Shown here piece by piece: positions 28,860 to 38,377 of a stretch of DNA of 64,000 bases (positions within the stretch are counted from its first letter, which is position 1; each line of letters starts with the position of its first letter). The notes under the pieces were generated by a model. That model was not told the origin of the DNA. It saw only the letters and a program-made list of their open reading frames with translations, and did no database searches. This DNA is from Candidatus Melainabacteria bacterium 17Bon1m (GTDB lineage: Bacteria > Cyanobacteriota > Vampirovibrionia > Obscuribacterales > Obscuribacteraceae), in the NCBI GenBank assembly GCA_032128875.1, contig JAVLKG010000009.1:1-64000 (forward strand), in the 5' to 3' direction. Both the position numbers and the translations under genes were made by a program.

Positions 28860-31800
28860 ATGAGCGATATTACCGAATTAAATAGACTGGTTGAAGCGAT
28901 TGAGAACGAATCAACCAGGGTTGAGGCGCTCCGGCATTTACATGCTCTGGCGGAACACCTGGAGGCACGGATGCCCATCGCCGGGATTTCGAAGGCTTCC
29001 AAGAGCACTGAGCAGCAGAAGCTTGCAAAAGACCCTCTGGCGGCTATGCTCAACCTCAAAGTGATTCCAATTCCAGGGTCGGCTTCGCCGTTGAAATTGT
29101 TTTTGCATACGGCCGTGTTCTCGCCGGAAGAATGGGCGAAGACTTTTGCAGAAGGATTGTTGAAGAAGCCTGAGCTTTTCCGGGGTAAAACTCTCGTTGA
29201 GCTTGGTACTGGCTCGGGCTGGATTAGCTTGCTTATGCTAATGCGCACGCAGGCGGCGTCTATTTTAGGTCTGGATATCAATCCTATTGCTGTGGCGATT
29301 GCGAGATTGAACTCCTGGTTGAATGGCACTACCAGCGATGGCACTCTGATTAATTCGCAATTTGGTGCTCCATTCACTCAGGCGTTTCTTGCAAAAGAGT
29401 CTGATTTGCTTGGCGAGCCGCTTTCACGCAAGGCGAAGTTCGACCATATTATTGGTTGCATTCCGCAGGTTCTTCACCCAGACCCTCGCAAGCTTTCCGA
29501 CGAGTCGGGCGAACGCTCGCACAAGGATTTGTACGACCTCAGCAATTATTGCTTCCAGCAAGGCATCTTGGAAGACCGATTTGGTTTGCCGTTAATTGCT
29601 CGCGCTCTTGAGGAAGCCCAGTTGTGCCTTAATCCGGGCGGTCGTCTGACGCTGGTTTTGGGGGGCAGACCAGGTCCACAGGCTATTGATCAAATGTTCC
29701 GTAGACGCGGTTGGGAGCCGACTTTGATTTGGAGCCGACGCATTCAGCAGGCTGATGATACTGATCTGGTTTCTCTGGTTGAGATCGAACGCACGCACCA
29801 AATACGGTTCAACTTCTTCCTCTCACGCGATTCGCAAAATCCCGTTTCAGCCGAAACCGCCGTGACGGTGCTAGGCAAGAATGAGTCTATTTATCATGAT
29901 CTGCTGGTATATCAGGCTGAGACAGAGCACGAGAATCCGACGTTCGGCTTCGTCAGCAATTTGCACAAATTGGGACTCGATCGTTTGCGAAAGGAATTGG
30001 ATTTCTCCATTATTTCGGAAGAAATGGTCAGCTTCCTCAATCGCTTTTCGCATGAACTGTTGGCGCACAAAACACTTCCGTATCCGCACGAGTGCGGTGA
30101 TATGAGCTTGCGGACAGCACTCTCCAGGTTTTTGTCCAACTATTGCCATCATCCAACTAAACCCGAAACTTTGTTCGTTGGACCAGAACGCGCACAATTA
30201 CTTGCACTTGTCCTCAAAGCGATTCTACCGCCTGATTCAACAGTGCTTTTGTCCTCATCTCTTGAATCGGTGTATCGAACCACAATTGAATCCCTGGGGC
30301 TGAGAGTTATTCTCGGCAACGATGACTTGAGCGAATTGATTCATCTGGATCAGCTGCTCAAGCCCGCTGCTTGCATACTTGCGCCACAGCAATTAGCGCA
30401 TCCTTCGCAACTGATGCTTGATCATTTGTTTGCGCAAGCACGTGCGAATCCTGATCGTTTTTATTTAATTGATGATTCTGCTCAGTTTAATATCGGCTCT
30501 GAGTTAAACTCCAATATGACTCTGAGAATGGCTGGACGCCAGCGATTGCCTGAGAATTTGGTTTTTCTCTATGGTCTGATCAAGAACACCGTTTTTCCGG
30601 ATTTTGAATTGAGCTTTTTGGTGAACGCACCCGAAGCGTGGATGCCTGCGCTGGAGGTCGGCGCTGAGTTGACCTATTCGCGTATTCCATATCAAGTTCA
30701 ACTCTATTATCAGTGGTTGTTCGAAGAGCTGCTTGCCTTTCCGTTTCCCGAGGCTGATGTGCCGCCGATGCGCAATGAATCGAACGGGCGAGTCTCTAAA
30801 TTGATTGAGGAAATCTCGGCTGATCCGGTGTTTGCACCAAAACCTATTTCGCTTGAAGACGAACGCTTAATAAGGTTCGACTACGGTGAGGTTGAGTATC
30901 CTGTGCCGGAACTGTTGATTAAGGGGGTCTTCAAAGGATTTCTCGAGCAAGATTCCGACTTGCTGCCGTCCGTTGTTCGGCATCGCGTCAAAGCCTATTT
31001 GGAATTCACTCGCAGAACAACAGTAAGCGAAGATCGAATTGTCCTCGGCAAGGGTGTATTCCCAGTGCTTGCTGCCTTGATGGCGACCCTGACGCAGCGC
31101 CTTGGCCGCCCACCTGTCGTCGCTTTGCCCCTGGGGAGTTATGGTCCGCTGTACACGCTTATTGCGTATCACGGAGGAAGAGTCGTTGAAGTAAAAACTG
31201 ATGAGAAGCGAGGTTTTCTCCTGGACGTCGCTTCCATCGATTCGTTGGAAGTACAGCCGGATCTTGTTTGGCTGACGCAACCTAACAATCCATCCGGTCT
31301 TTTCTATGACTCGCAAGCCGTCGAGAGTCTTTACAAAGCGTGCTCCCAACGCGGCATTTACATGCTCGCCGACGAAATTTTCTTCCTGCTCAGCGACAAT
31401 AGATTGGGTGAATGGACACCGCAGTCCTTGAGTTTTCTTCCACTGATAAACACAGATGGTGGCAAATACCTTTTCCTGACCGATGGTGTGGCGAAAGCTT
31501 TTGCTGCCGGCGGATTGCGCGCGGGATTTTTAGTTTGCCCTGATGCAAGTTTTGCCTCGCAAATTCAAGCTTTGACGCCGTTGCCGCCGCGTTCCACGCT
31601 ACGCGCCTGGGATACTCTGTATTCTGCCTTCCTCGAAGAGTCGCCGCACTTGCTGGTTGATGTGAAGGAAGAGCTAGATGGATTGAAAAACTATCTCATC
31701 GAATTGCGCAGCGAGCTTTCGCGTCGGCGCAAAAAGCTTCAGACCTTATTTAAGGAACATGATGTCGATGACAAAATGGACACGCCTTATCGTGGTGGCA

Positions 31801-31994
31801 TCTTCCTGATGGCGAAATTGGGCAGATTTCGCAACCAGTTGGCGATGGAGAAGCAACTCCTTATAAATGAAGATGCGTGGAGCCGCACGCCCGAGTGGAG
31901 TCGGGTTTCTTTTAGCGTGCCTCCAGATAAATTCGACGAAGCTTTCGATCGTCTATCTGCGTTTTTGGGTTCAAAGAAAAAAGTGACCAGTTAG
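28860..31994 (+). CDS. Plant-type methionine S-methyltransferase fused to PLP-dependent aminotransferase class I/II domain
   Basis: FSPEEW..TFAEGL, VELGTGSGWIS, GLDINP, IIGCIPQVL, LSNYC..QG..EDRFGL.LIARA, GGRPG, QADDTD; C-terminal QPNNPSG, ADEIF, GVAKAFAAGGLRAGF, RVSF. Confidence 0.85.
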   Translation: MSDITELNRLVEAIENESTRVEALRHLHALAEHLEARMPIAGISKASKSTEQQKLAKDPLAAMLNLKVIPIPGSASPLKLFLHTAVFSPEEWAKTFAEGLLKKPELFRGKTLVELGTGSGWISLLMLMRTQAASILGLDINPIAVAIARLNSWLNGTTSDGTLINSQFGAPFTQAFLAKESDLLGEPLSRKAKFDHIIGCIPQVLHPDPRKLSDESGERSHKDLYDLSNYCFQQGILEDRFGLPLIARALEEAQLCLNPGGRLTLVLGGRPGPQAIDQMFRRRGWEPTLIWSRRIQQADDTDLVSLVEIERTHQIRFNFFLSRDSQNPVSAETAVTVLGKNESIYHDLLVYQAETEHENPTFGFVSNLHKLGLDRLRKELDFSIISEEMVSFLNRFSHELLAHKTLPYPHECGDMSLRTALSRFLSNYCHHPTKPETLFVGPERAQLLALVLKAILPPDSTVLLSSSLESVYRTTIESLGLRVILGNDDLSELIHLDQLLKPAACILAPQQLAHPSQLMLDHLFAQARANPDRFYLIDDSAQFNIGSELNSNMTLRMAGRQRLPENLVFLYGLIKNTVFPDFELSFLVNAPEAWMPALEVGAELTYSRIPYQVQLYYQWLFEELLAFPFPEADVPPMRNESNGRVSKLIEEISADPVFAPKPISLEDERLIRFDYGEVEYPVPELLIKGVFKGFLEQDSDLLPSVVRHRVKAYLEFTRRTTVSEDRIVLGKGVFPVLAALMATLTQRLGRPPVVALPLGSYGPLYTLIAYHGGRVVEVKTDEKRGFLLDVASIDSLEVQPDLVWLTQPNNPSGLFYDSQAVESLYKACSQRGIYMLADEIFFLLSDNRLGEWTPQSLSFLPLINTDGGKYLFLTDGVAKAFAAGGLRAGFLVCPDASFASQIQALTPLPPRSTLRAWDTLYSAFLEESPHLLVDVKEELDGLKNYLIELRSELSRRRKKLQTLFKEHDVDDKMDTPYRGGIFLMAKLGRFRNQLAMEKQLLINEDAWSRTPEWSRVSFSVPPDKFDEAFDRLSAFLGSKKKVTS

Positions 31995-32050
31995 TGAGCT
32001 AAGTGCGTCGGCAGAAGTCGACAAAAATCGAGAAGATTTAGAGGATTACT

Positions 32051-32902
32051 ATGCCATACACGGCCGAAATCAGCAGAACCAATCCATCGTGTTTTTTATT
32101 CCTTATAGATCAATCCGGGTCTATGCAAGAACCGTTCGGCACGAAAGACGGTGCGGCTGGCGGCAAGACCAAGGCGGAGAGCCTTGCGGATGCCATCAAT
32201 AGATTGCTTCAAAATCTGGTCATCAAATGCGCGAAGTCAGACGGAATACGAGATTACTACCATGTCGGCGTTATTGGATACGGTGGCACAGGCGTCGGAC
32301 CAGCGTTTGGCGGCGCTTTGAAAGATAAGGAGATGGTTCCTGTCAATGAGATTGCTAACAATCCTATGCGCGTCGAGCAGCGCGTCAAAAAGGTGGACGA
32401 CGGTGCCGGCGGTTTGGTCGAGCAAAAAATCAAATTTCCCGTTTGGTTTGACGCGAAGGGTGAGGGCGGAACACCGATGTGCACCGCGTTCATCACCGCC
32501 AACAAACTCCTGACGAAGTGGCTCGCGGAGCATCCTGACTGTTTTCCGCCCATCGTTATCAACATCTCTGATGGCGAATCGTCGGACATGGACCCCTATC
32601 AGGCGGCTATGGATTTGATGAATCTGTCGAGTACAGATGGGCAAGTTTTGCTTTTCAATCTCCACCTTTCGTCCTCGAGCGAGAAAGCAATCGAGTATCC
32701 CAACGACGATGAGAAATTGACTGAAGAGCACTCGAAGGTTTTGTTCAGCATGTCCAGCGTTTTGCCGGAGTACATGCAAAAGATGCTCTCGGCCGAGGGC
32801 GTCCCGGTAACGTTCGCGACACGAGGATTTGTTTTCAACGCTGACCTTGTCTCAGTAATTCGATTCCTCGACATCGGCACAAGACCGGCAAATCTTCGCT
32901 GA
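32051..32902 (+). CDS. vWA domain protein (TerY-like)
   Basis: MIDAS motif FLIDQSGSM, GGTPM, NISDGE; SD GAGGA. Confidence 0.85.
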   Translation: MPYTAEISRTNPSCFLFLIDQSGSMQEPFGTKDGAAGGKTKAESLADAINRLLQNLVIKCAKSDGIRDYYHVGVIGYGGTGVGPAFGGALKDKEMVPVNEIANNPMRVEQRVKKVDDGAGGLVEQKIKFPVWFDAKGEGGTPMCTAFITANKLLTKWLAEHPDCFPPIVINISDGESSDMDPYQAAMDLMNLSSTDGQVLLFNLHLSSSSEKAIEYPNDDEKLTEEHSKVLFSMSSVLPEYMQKMLSAEGVPVTFATRGFVFNADLVSVIRFLDIGTRPANLR

Positions 32903-32960
32903 GTCGTTAACTCATCGGACGTTCGAGAAAACCAGACGAACGTTCTATCAAAGGAATAGC

Positions 32961-33701
32961 ATGCACGTCACCGGAAAATTATTTTGGATGCCCAAGAAGG
33001 GCAATTCAATTGAAGAGTACGAAGACGCTGCGTATCCGGTTGAGTCATTCGAAGTTGATGTTGCTGAATTCAAATGCGCGGTCGCAGACGGTGCGACTGA
33101 AACATCCTTTGCAGGGTTTTGGGCTGCACTTTTGTGCGAAGGATTTGCGAAAGGCTACGCAATAAAAGAACTGCGGCAGACTTGGAACGATGCAGTTAGG
33201 CAAAAAGAATTACCCTGGTACGCGGAAGAAAAACTAGAAAAAGGTGCGTATGCCGCGCTTGTTGGTTTGCACTTGAAGAAGCCGCGTGGGAAGAAGAATC
33301 CTTATGTTGTGGAGGCGACTGGAGATTGCTGTATTCTGCACGTGAGAGAAAACCAGGTGCTGTCAGCTTTTCCGATATCGAAGTCGGATGATTTCAATAA
33401 TTCTCCTGCGCTGATTTGCAGTCACGAGTTTGCGTCAGTTGATGCGCAAATGCAAAAACACATGACGAAGGGTGAATGGAAGGACGGTGACTCCTTCTTT
33501 CTGCTTTCAGATGCGCTTGCCTGCTGGGCGCTCAAACGTCAGGAAGAATTGCAGGACTTGGCCAATGTTTTGCAGAACGTTGAAACGCAAGAAGACTTGA
33601 ATCGTTTGGTAGATGAGGAAAGGCAGCTGATTTTGGAAGATGGCCGCCCATCAATGAAAAACGACGACGTTACGCTTTTGTGTGTGACCGTTTGTAGCTA
33701 G
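32961..33701 (+). CDS. PP2C-like protein phosphatase (TerY-P associated type)
   Basis: AVADGATE, GDCC, FLLSDAL, NDDVT metal-binding Asp motifs. Confidence 0.8.
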   Translation: MHVTGKLFWMPKKGNSIEEYEDAAYPVESFEVDVAEFKCAVADGATETSFAGFWAALLCEGFAKGYAIKELRQTWNDAVRQKELPWYAEEKLEKGAYAALVGLHLKKPRGKKNPYVVEATGDCCILHVRENQVLSAFPISKSDDFNNSPALICSHEFASVDAQMQKHMTKGEWKDGDSFFLLSDALACWALKRQEELQDLANVLQNVETQEDLNRLVDEERQLILEDGRPSMKNDDVTLLCVTVCS

Positions 33702-33971
33702 TAGAAATTTAATAATGCCCTGTTTCCGTTACCGCGGGATTTTACCGCGGGTGCGGGGAACGTGGTCCTATTGAGTTGTCATGAGATCTGGGTATATATT
33801 TTTGGGGTATACGTATTTTCCCCATAACGCCCGCAGGCTGCGGAGTTTAACTCTCACTTAATTTGACTCTTGGCAGGGGCGGCATTAATCTGTAGATGGC
33901 GAATATGAATTGAGGTCCGCGCAGGCGGACTCCGATCTTGGCGTGAGAAAGACAAAAGGCTGGTTGTCTCG

Positions 33972-35726
33972 ATGAAGCAATTGTTTCAGGCGTGTTTGAC
34001 GTTGGGTGATGGAACAGGCAGCAATGGTGGTCACGACCTCTCTGCTTACACCGACGAAGAACATCTCTCTGGTAACCGCAAAAGGTTGAGCAAAATGAGC
34101 GGGCAGTACGCCGCTCTTAAAAGTGATGCGAAGGCTGCTCAGTTTTCGCAAGCAAAAATCGACTGTAATCCACCATCGACTGCTGTTGCAGCGACGAATG
34201 CAACATATTCGTATCAGGCATCTTCGAACATATTACGACTGCCTGTTGAAGACGAAGAATACATTGAGAGTTTGGTTGATATCGCTATTCAGACTGTTTC
34301 AGAATGCGACGAACTAAGCGAAGACATTGATCTACTCGCGGATGCTGCAGCGAAAGTTGCCTCAAAAATATCGCGAGCAATCACGACTGAAATCGAAACG
34401 GCAAGCACGACTCCAGTAGCCCCTACTAGCGAGTCGAATGTGCAAGAAGTTGTAGATCCGAATGCAATTACGGCAGAACTACCGGTGCTGAATTTCGAGC
34501 CACCGAAAGACGAAAATCGCAGCGGACTTAGTGGCAGCTTCCCGCGTCAAAATAGCAGCGGGCGAAAAATGTCTCATTGGACAAATCGTAAGGCTGCCGG
34601 AGCAGACGCCTGGGATACGCGCGTCGAATCCGGGCTGAAGGCCTACGAAAACAATAAGAAGTACACCAGCAGTTATGACAATCTGCCAATTATCGGTTCG
34701 GAGATGCCCGAAGGTAGCAGTTTTATTGAGCTGCCGGATGCGTCAATGGAAATTGAAACTTTTGGTTCTGGCGAGGTGAAGATGATCACTTCGTTCGACA
34801 ATCAAGGAGCAGGAATTCGCAGACTTTCAACGTTGCGCAGTTCGATGCGAATGATTGAGCGTCACGATAATGACGAACTTCATAAACCGCTCGACCCTAG
34901 CAACTCGTATGATGCGTTCAACTCTTTCGTTTCATATAAGTCTGAGAGCGAGTCGAAGAAGATGTCTTTAGCGGACGAAACCTCTGCTGAGTTCGCTGCA
35001 TCATTCGAGCAGAATTCAGAAATTGATGTGCAGGCAGTTTCACAAATCGACGAGTCTACAGGTTCCGAATTTATTGATTCTGTTTCGGATGATTTGCTCG
35101 GATGCTTGGATGAGCTGCTCTCAGAATGCATGGATGCGGCTATCGCGTATGAAGATGTCGTTTCGCAACTGGACAATACAATCGAAAGCCTCGAATCAAA
35201 CACATCGGTAATTTCGTTTGCTCCAGAGCATCAGGATGCTTCGTTCGTTGAAGGCTATGCGGGCAACTTCTCCGTGACACTGGCCGAATCGCTCGCCGTC
35301 TGCGAAAAAGCAGACGTTGCAGGTCACGTTCATGATCAAATCTGTTTCGATCCCAAAGCATTTGCGCCACATACGATTGATGGCGAGCCGATTGAAGCAA
35401 GCTGTGTTTTTGATGCGACCGAAAAGCTTTCTTTCAAAGCTTCCGAAAACATCCTCTCTAACCTCGAATCGATGTTCAACCTCGATCCGCTTTCGCAAGT
35501 TGACGAAGTTGCGTTGGCGCCGCAAACCAATAACGACGGTGAAGTGGAAATTGAAAGTGTTTGTGTAGTTTCTGATGAAGATTGCGAAATGCTTGAAATT
35601 GCTGCGGTAGGAGGAAAGCCTTCGCGTCAAAAAACGAAGGGCACATCACGCTCGAAGAAAAATCAAACGCGCAAAGAGAAAAAGAGTGGTAAAAAACGCG
35701 CAGCAGCTGCGGCTGCAAACGCTTAG
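33972..35726 (+). CDS. Acidic, probably disordered hypothetical protein with Lys/Arg-rich C-terminus
   Basis: 584-aa ORF rich in S/E/D, ending in KPSRQKTK...KKRAAAAAANA. Confidence 0.6.
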   Translation: MKQLFQACLTLGDGTGSNGGHDLSAYTDEEHLSGNRKRLSKMSGQYAALKSDAKAAQFSQAKIDCNPPSTAVAATNATYSYQASSNILRLPVEDEEYIESLVDIAIQTVSECDELSEDIDLLADAAAKVASKISRAITTEIETASTTPVAPTSESNVQEVVDPNAITAELPVLNFEPPKDENRSGLSGSFPRQNSSGRKMSHWTNRKAAGADAWDTRVESGLKAYENNKKYTSSYDNLPIIGSEMPEGSSFIELPDASMEIETFGSGEVKMITSFDNQGAGIRRLSTLRSSMRMIERHDNDELHKPLDPSNSYDAFNSFVSYKSESESKKMSLADETSAEFAASFEQNSEIDVQAVSQIDESTGSEFIDSVSDDLLGCLDELLSECMDAAIAYEDVVSQLDNTIESLESNTSVISFAPEHQDASFVEGYAGNFSVTLAESLAVCEKADVAGHVHDQICFDPKAFAPHTIDGEPIEASCVFDATEKLSFKASENILSNLESMFNLDPLSQVDEVALAPQTNNDGEVEIESVCVVSDEDCEMLEIAAVGGKPSRQKTKGTSRSKKNQTRKEKKSGKKRAAAAAANA

Positions 35727-35759
35727 CTCTTAGAACGCTAGTTTTGCATTGTTGAGATC

Positions 35760-35873
35760 GTGGGGGCGCATTGCATGCGCCCTTTTTTTGTGTCTTAGCC
35801 CTCTAGAGTGTGGGGGCGCGTTGCACGCGCCTTTTTTGCTTTAGTGTGGGGGCGCGTTGCACGCGCCCTTTTT
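35760..35873 (+). repeat. Three tandem REP-like palindromes with T-tails
   Basis: GTGGGGGCGCRTTGCAYGCGCC(C)TTTTT starting at 35760, 35810 and 35846; other copies at 46112, 51921 (reverse) and 55831. Confidence 0.75.
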
Positions 35874-36080
35874 CATTCCTAGGGCTCTCTCATTGATGTC
35901 TGCGAGGAGAAATCCGCTCGAGTAGCGAAGGTTTGTCCAACCAATGTCCAACGGGCGCCCTAATGTTTATGCAACCCCCGCAAATGCCCTTTGTTCCCTG
36001 CCCAAAACACTTTTCCTTTAGGTTCAACCCTCTGTTCAGACTCGAACCCCCCCTAATTCCCACCCTTTGGAGACGCAATC

Positions 36081-36767
36081 GTGAGCGACCTCAATCTAAA
36101 TGTCAGCGATGCCTACAAGCCTTCCGATAAGCAAATGTCGGACCTCTCCTTTGCTGCACAATCGTTTCAGATGGGTGCCAAGGAGATGCAGGCAATCGCA
36201 GGAAAAACCGGCGACTCTGTAACTGCTGCTGGGTTCGCCTCGGCTGACGATCTACTGGCTGGCTTTGGCGATTCTCCACAAACGGCGTCCAACAAGCCGG
36301 AGCCTGCCGACAAAAACGAATTGCTCGCGCAATTGAAAAAGGCTTATGCCGAAGACACAAGTCCCGAAGCAATCAAAGATTTCTTGGCTGACAAACCAAG
36401 CGTGACGCCTGAGAAGTTCAAGCAGATAATGGAACAACGCGTCGCCGGCCAAGCCGAAATTATCTCGGAACTGAACCCGAAACAATTGCAGATAGTTGCG
36501 GATTTGGCAGATGCCGTCAAACGCAACGACGACAAACAAATCACCAAAATCTTGCAGGACATTCCAGCCGACATCACTGGCAAAATCGCATTCGCTGCGA
36601 CGTATCAATTGCAGGTTGATGGTGTCACGAGAGTCGGCGTCGAATCTAGAAACGTAAGCGGCAAAGGCTATCTAATCATCAAAGACGGCAACACAAGAAC
36701 TCAAGAAACATTTGATCGAGTGAGCGGCAAAAAGCTCGGCACCAACTCTATGGATATTCAGATGTGA
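36081..36767 (+). CDS. Hypothetical protein
   Basis: 228-aa ORF, GTG start with SD GGAG, protein-like composition. Confidence 0.6.
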   Translation: MSDLNLNVSDAYKPSDKQMSDLSFAAQSFQMGAKEMQAIAGKTGDSVTAAGFASADDLLAGFGDSPQTASNKPEPADKNELLAQLKKAYAEDTSPEAIKDFLADKPSVTPEKFKQIMEQRVAGQAEIISELNPKQLQIVADLADAVKRNDDKQITKILQDIPADITGKIAFAATYQLQVDGVTRVGVESRNVSGKGYLIIKDGNTRTQETFDRVSGKKLGTNSMDIQM

Positions 36768-36771
36768 GCAG

Positions 36772-38028
36772 TTATAGGTCTCGAAGTTTGCCAGTATAGT
36801 CTTCGAATTTCGGATCTATCTTTAGCAAGAACTGCCAATCCCTTTTAGCACCAACCTTATCACCAAGGTCCAACTTTAAGAGTGCTCTCTGGTAATATGG
36901 GCAACGAGCATGAGGCGCTACCTGTATCGCTTTTGTGAAGTCTTTAAGTGCACGTTGCGAGTGACCAAATCGGCTTTCAAACATACCGCGAAAGAGATAA
37001 GGGGTTGAGCAATTTGGAGCCAGTGCAATTGCTTGCCCACATTGTTCAATAGCAGCGAACCTCCTCCTATAACGCCATAAATGGATGGCGTAGTCGGTAC
37101 GAATCTCTGCGTCCGAAGGTGCAAGAACCATTGCTGTTTGAAACGCTTTCTCAGCCCCAACCTTATCATTGAGTTTAGAAAGTAAGTTTCCCTTTTCCCC
37201 AAATGCCTCGGCGTTCGTCTTATCTAGCTTTATTGATGCTTCAATATCATTCAGGGCGCCCCTGTATTCACGCACGTGAGATCGGACTCTGGCTCTGAGG
37301 ATATACACATCAGGATTCTTGGGTGACAAATCGATAGCCTTGTCGAAATCCTCTATGGCCAAACGATTCTTATTTTGTGAGGCTCGCAGGCAACCGCGTT
37401 CTTCAAAGTATCTGCTATTCGTCGGCTCAAGAGTTATTGCCTTCGAAAAGCTAATCTCCGCTTCGCTATTTCGATTAAAGGATCTTTCCGCCAGGCCTTT
37501 GAAGTGATGTGCGGCGGCGTTGGTTGAATCCAAACTGATAGCATGTTTGCAATCTTCAATTGCTCTTGTTGAATCGAACAATAAGTAATGAAGGCGCCCT
37601 AGACTAGAGTGGAAGGTTGAATTGGATGGCTCCATGCGGCATGCTTGTAAAAGATCTTGCAGCGCGCCCACGTCGTCTCCCATGCTCTCTCTAACCATTG
37701 CTCGATTGTGATGTGCACTCGCGGCCCAACAGTCCTGCAAAATGCAGAAGCTAAAGTTGTTGAAAGCATCGACATTTCTTCCAAGGTCATGATTTGTAAG
37801 CGCCAAATAGAAGTGCGCTTCCGGCAGAAGTGGGCAGTACTTAAGTGCCTGAGATAAGCTTCGTTCGGCATCTTCGAGTTGATGCATCCTGTACTGTGTC
37901 TTTCCCTTTTCATACAGACCAAGCGCACTGTGATAATAGACCCAGCCGACAAAGCCGAGTTGTGGCATGTAGCCAACGGCAGTGCCCGCGATAATACTCA
38001 AAGCTATTAGTAAGACTGGAATTCTCAT
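36772..38028 (-). CDS. Membrane-anchored or exported TPR protein
   Basis: Hydrophobic N-terminus and about ten 34-aa TPRs (e.g. AIEDFDKAIDLSPKNPDVY). Confidence 0.85.
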   Translation of the reverse strand: MRIPVLLIALSIIAGTAVGYMPQLGFVGWVYYHSALGLYEKGKTQYRMHQLEDAERSLSQALKYCPLLPEAHFYLALTNHDLGRNVDAFNNFSFCILQDCWAASAHHNRAMVRESMGDDVGALQDLLQACRMEPSNSTFHSSLGRLHYLLFDSTRAIEDCKHAISLDSTNAAAHHFKGLAERSFNRNSEAEISFSKAITLEPTNSRYFEERGCLRASQNKNRLAIEDFDKAIDLSPKNPDVYILRARVRSHVREYRGALNDIEASIKLDKTNAEAFGEKGNLLSKLNDKVGAEKAFQTAMVLAPSDAEIRTDYAIHLWRYRRRFAAIEQCGQAIALAPNCSTPYLFRGMFESRFGHSQRALKDFTKAIQVAPHARCPYYQRALLKLDLGDKVGAKRDWQFLLKIDPKFEDYTGKLRDL

Positions 38029-38291
38029 AGAATCAGCATATAGCTGATCTGGTTATGTGGAAAGCGTAGAACCACGAGCCTGCCAGCTTCCGCAGATAGA
38101 ATTCTGCAGTAATGCGGGAACTTCTTCCAAGTCTAAAGGTCTTGCCGAGCAAAGGGAACGTACTATGGCTTTCACAACCAGAAGCGGGCGGGTGCTCGCT
38201 TCAGTTCCTTTGGCGGACTTTTAGGTGCGAGGGAAAAGCATGCTTGCCGGTGAAATCGTGATACACGAATAGGCCCTCGACGAACAGACAC

Positions 38292-38323
38292 AAAAGGAAA
38301 GCAGGGTGTTCCCCTGCTTTCCT
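38292..38323 (-). terminator. Rho-independent terminator after the HEAT/LRV gene
   Basis: AGGAAAGCAGGG-N5-CCCTGCTTTCCT with an A-run on the left (T-run on the minus strand). Confidence 0.7.
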
Positions 38324-38377
38324 CTAGCTATTCGATGTTTGCACATGCAAACAGTTGCGTCGGACAAGTCTATCTAA

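Noticed and set aside
35760-35873. Mini CRISPR array
   Set aside because: Only three ~23-nt units with short, unequal spacers, no cas genes, and identical units occur singly elsewhere; REP-like instead.
38112-38261. 49-codon plus-strand ORF in the TPR-LRV intergenic region
   Set aside because: No SD or recognisable protein features; the region is better explained by RNA-like pairing.
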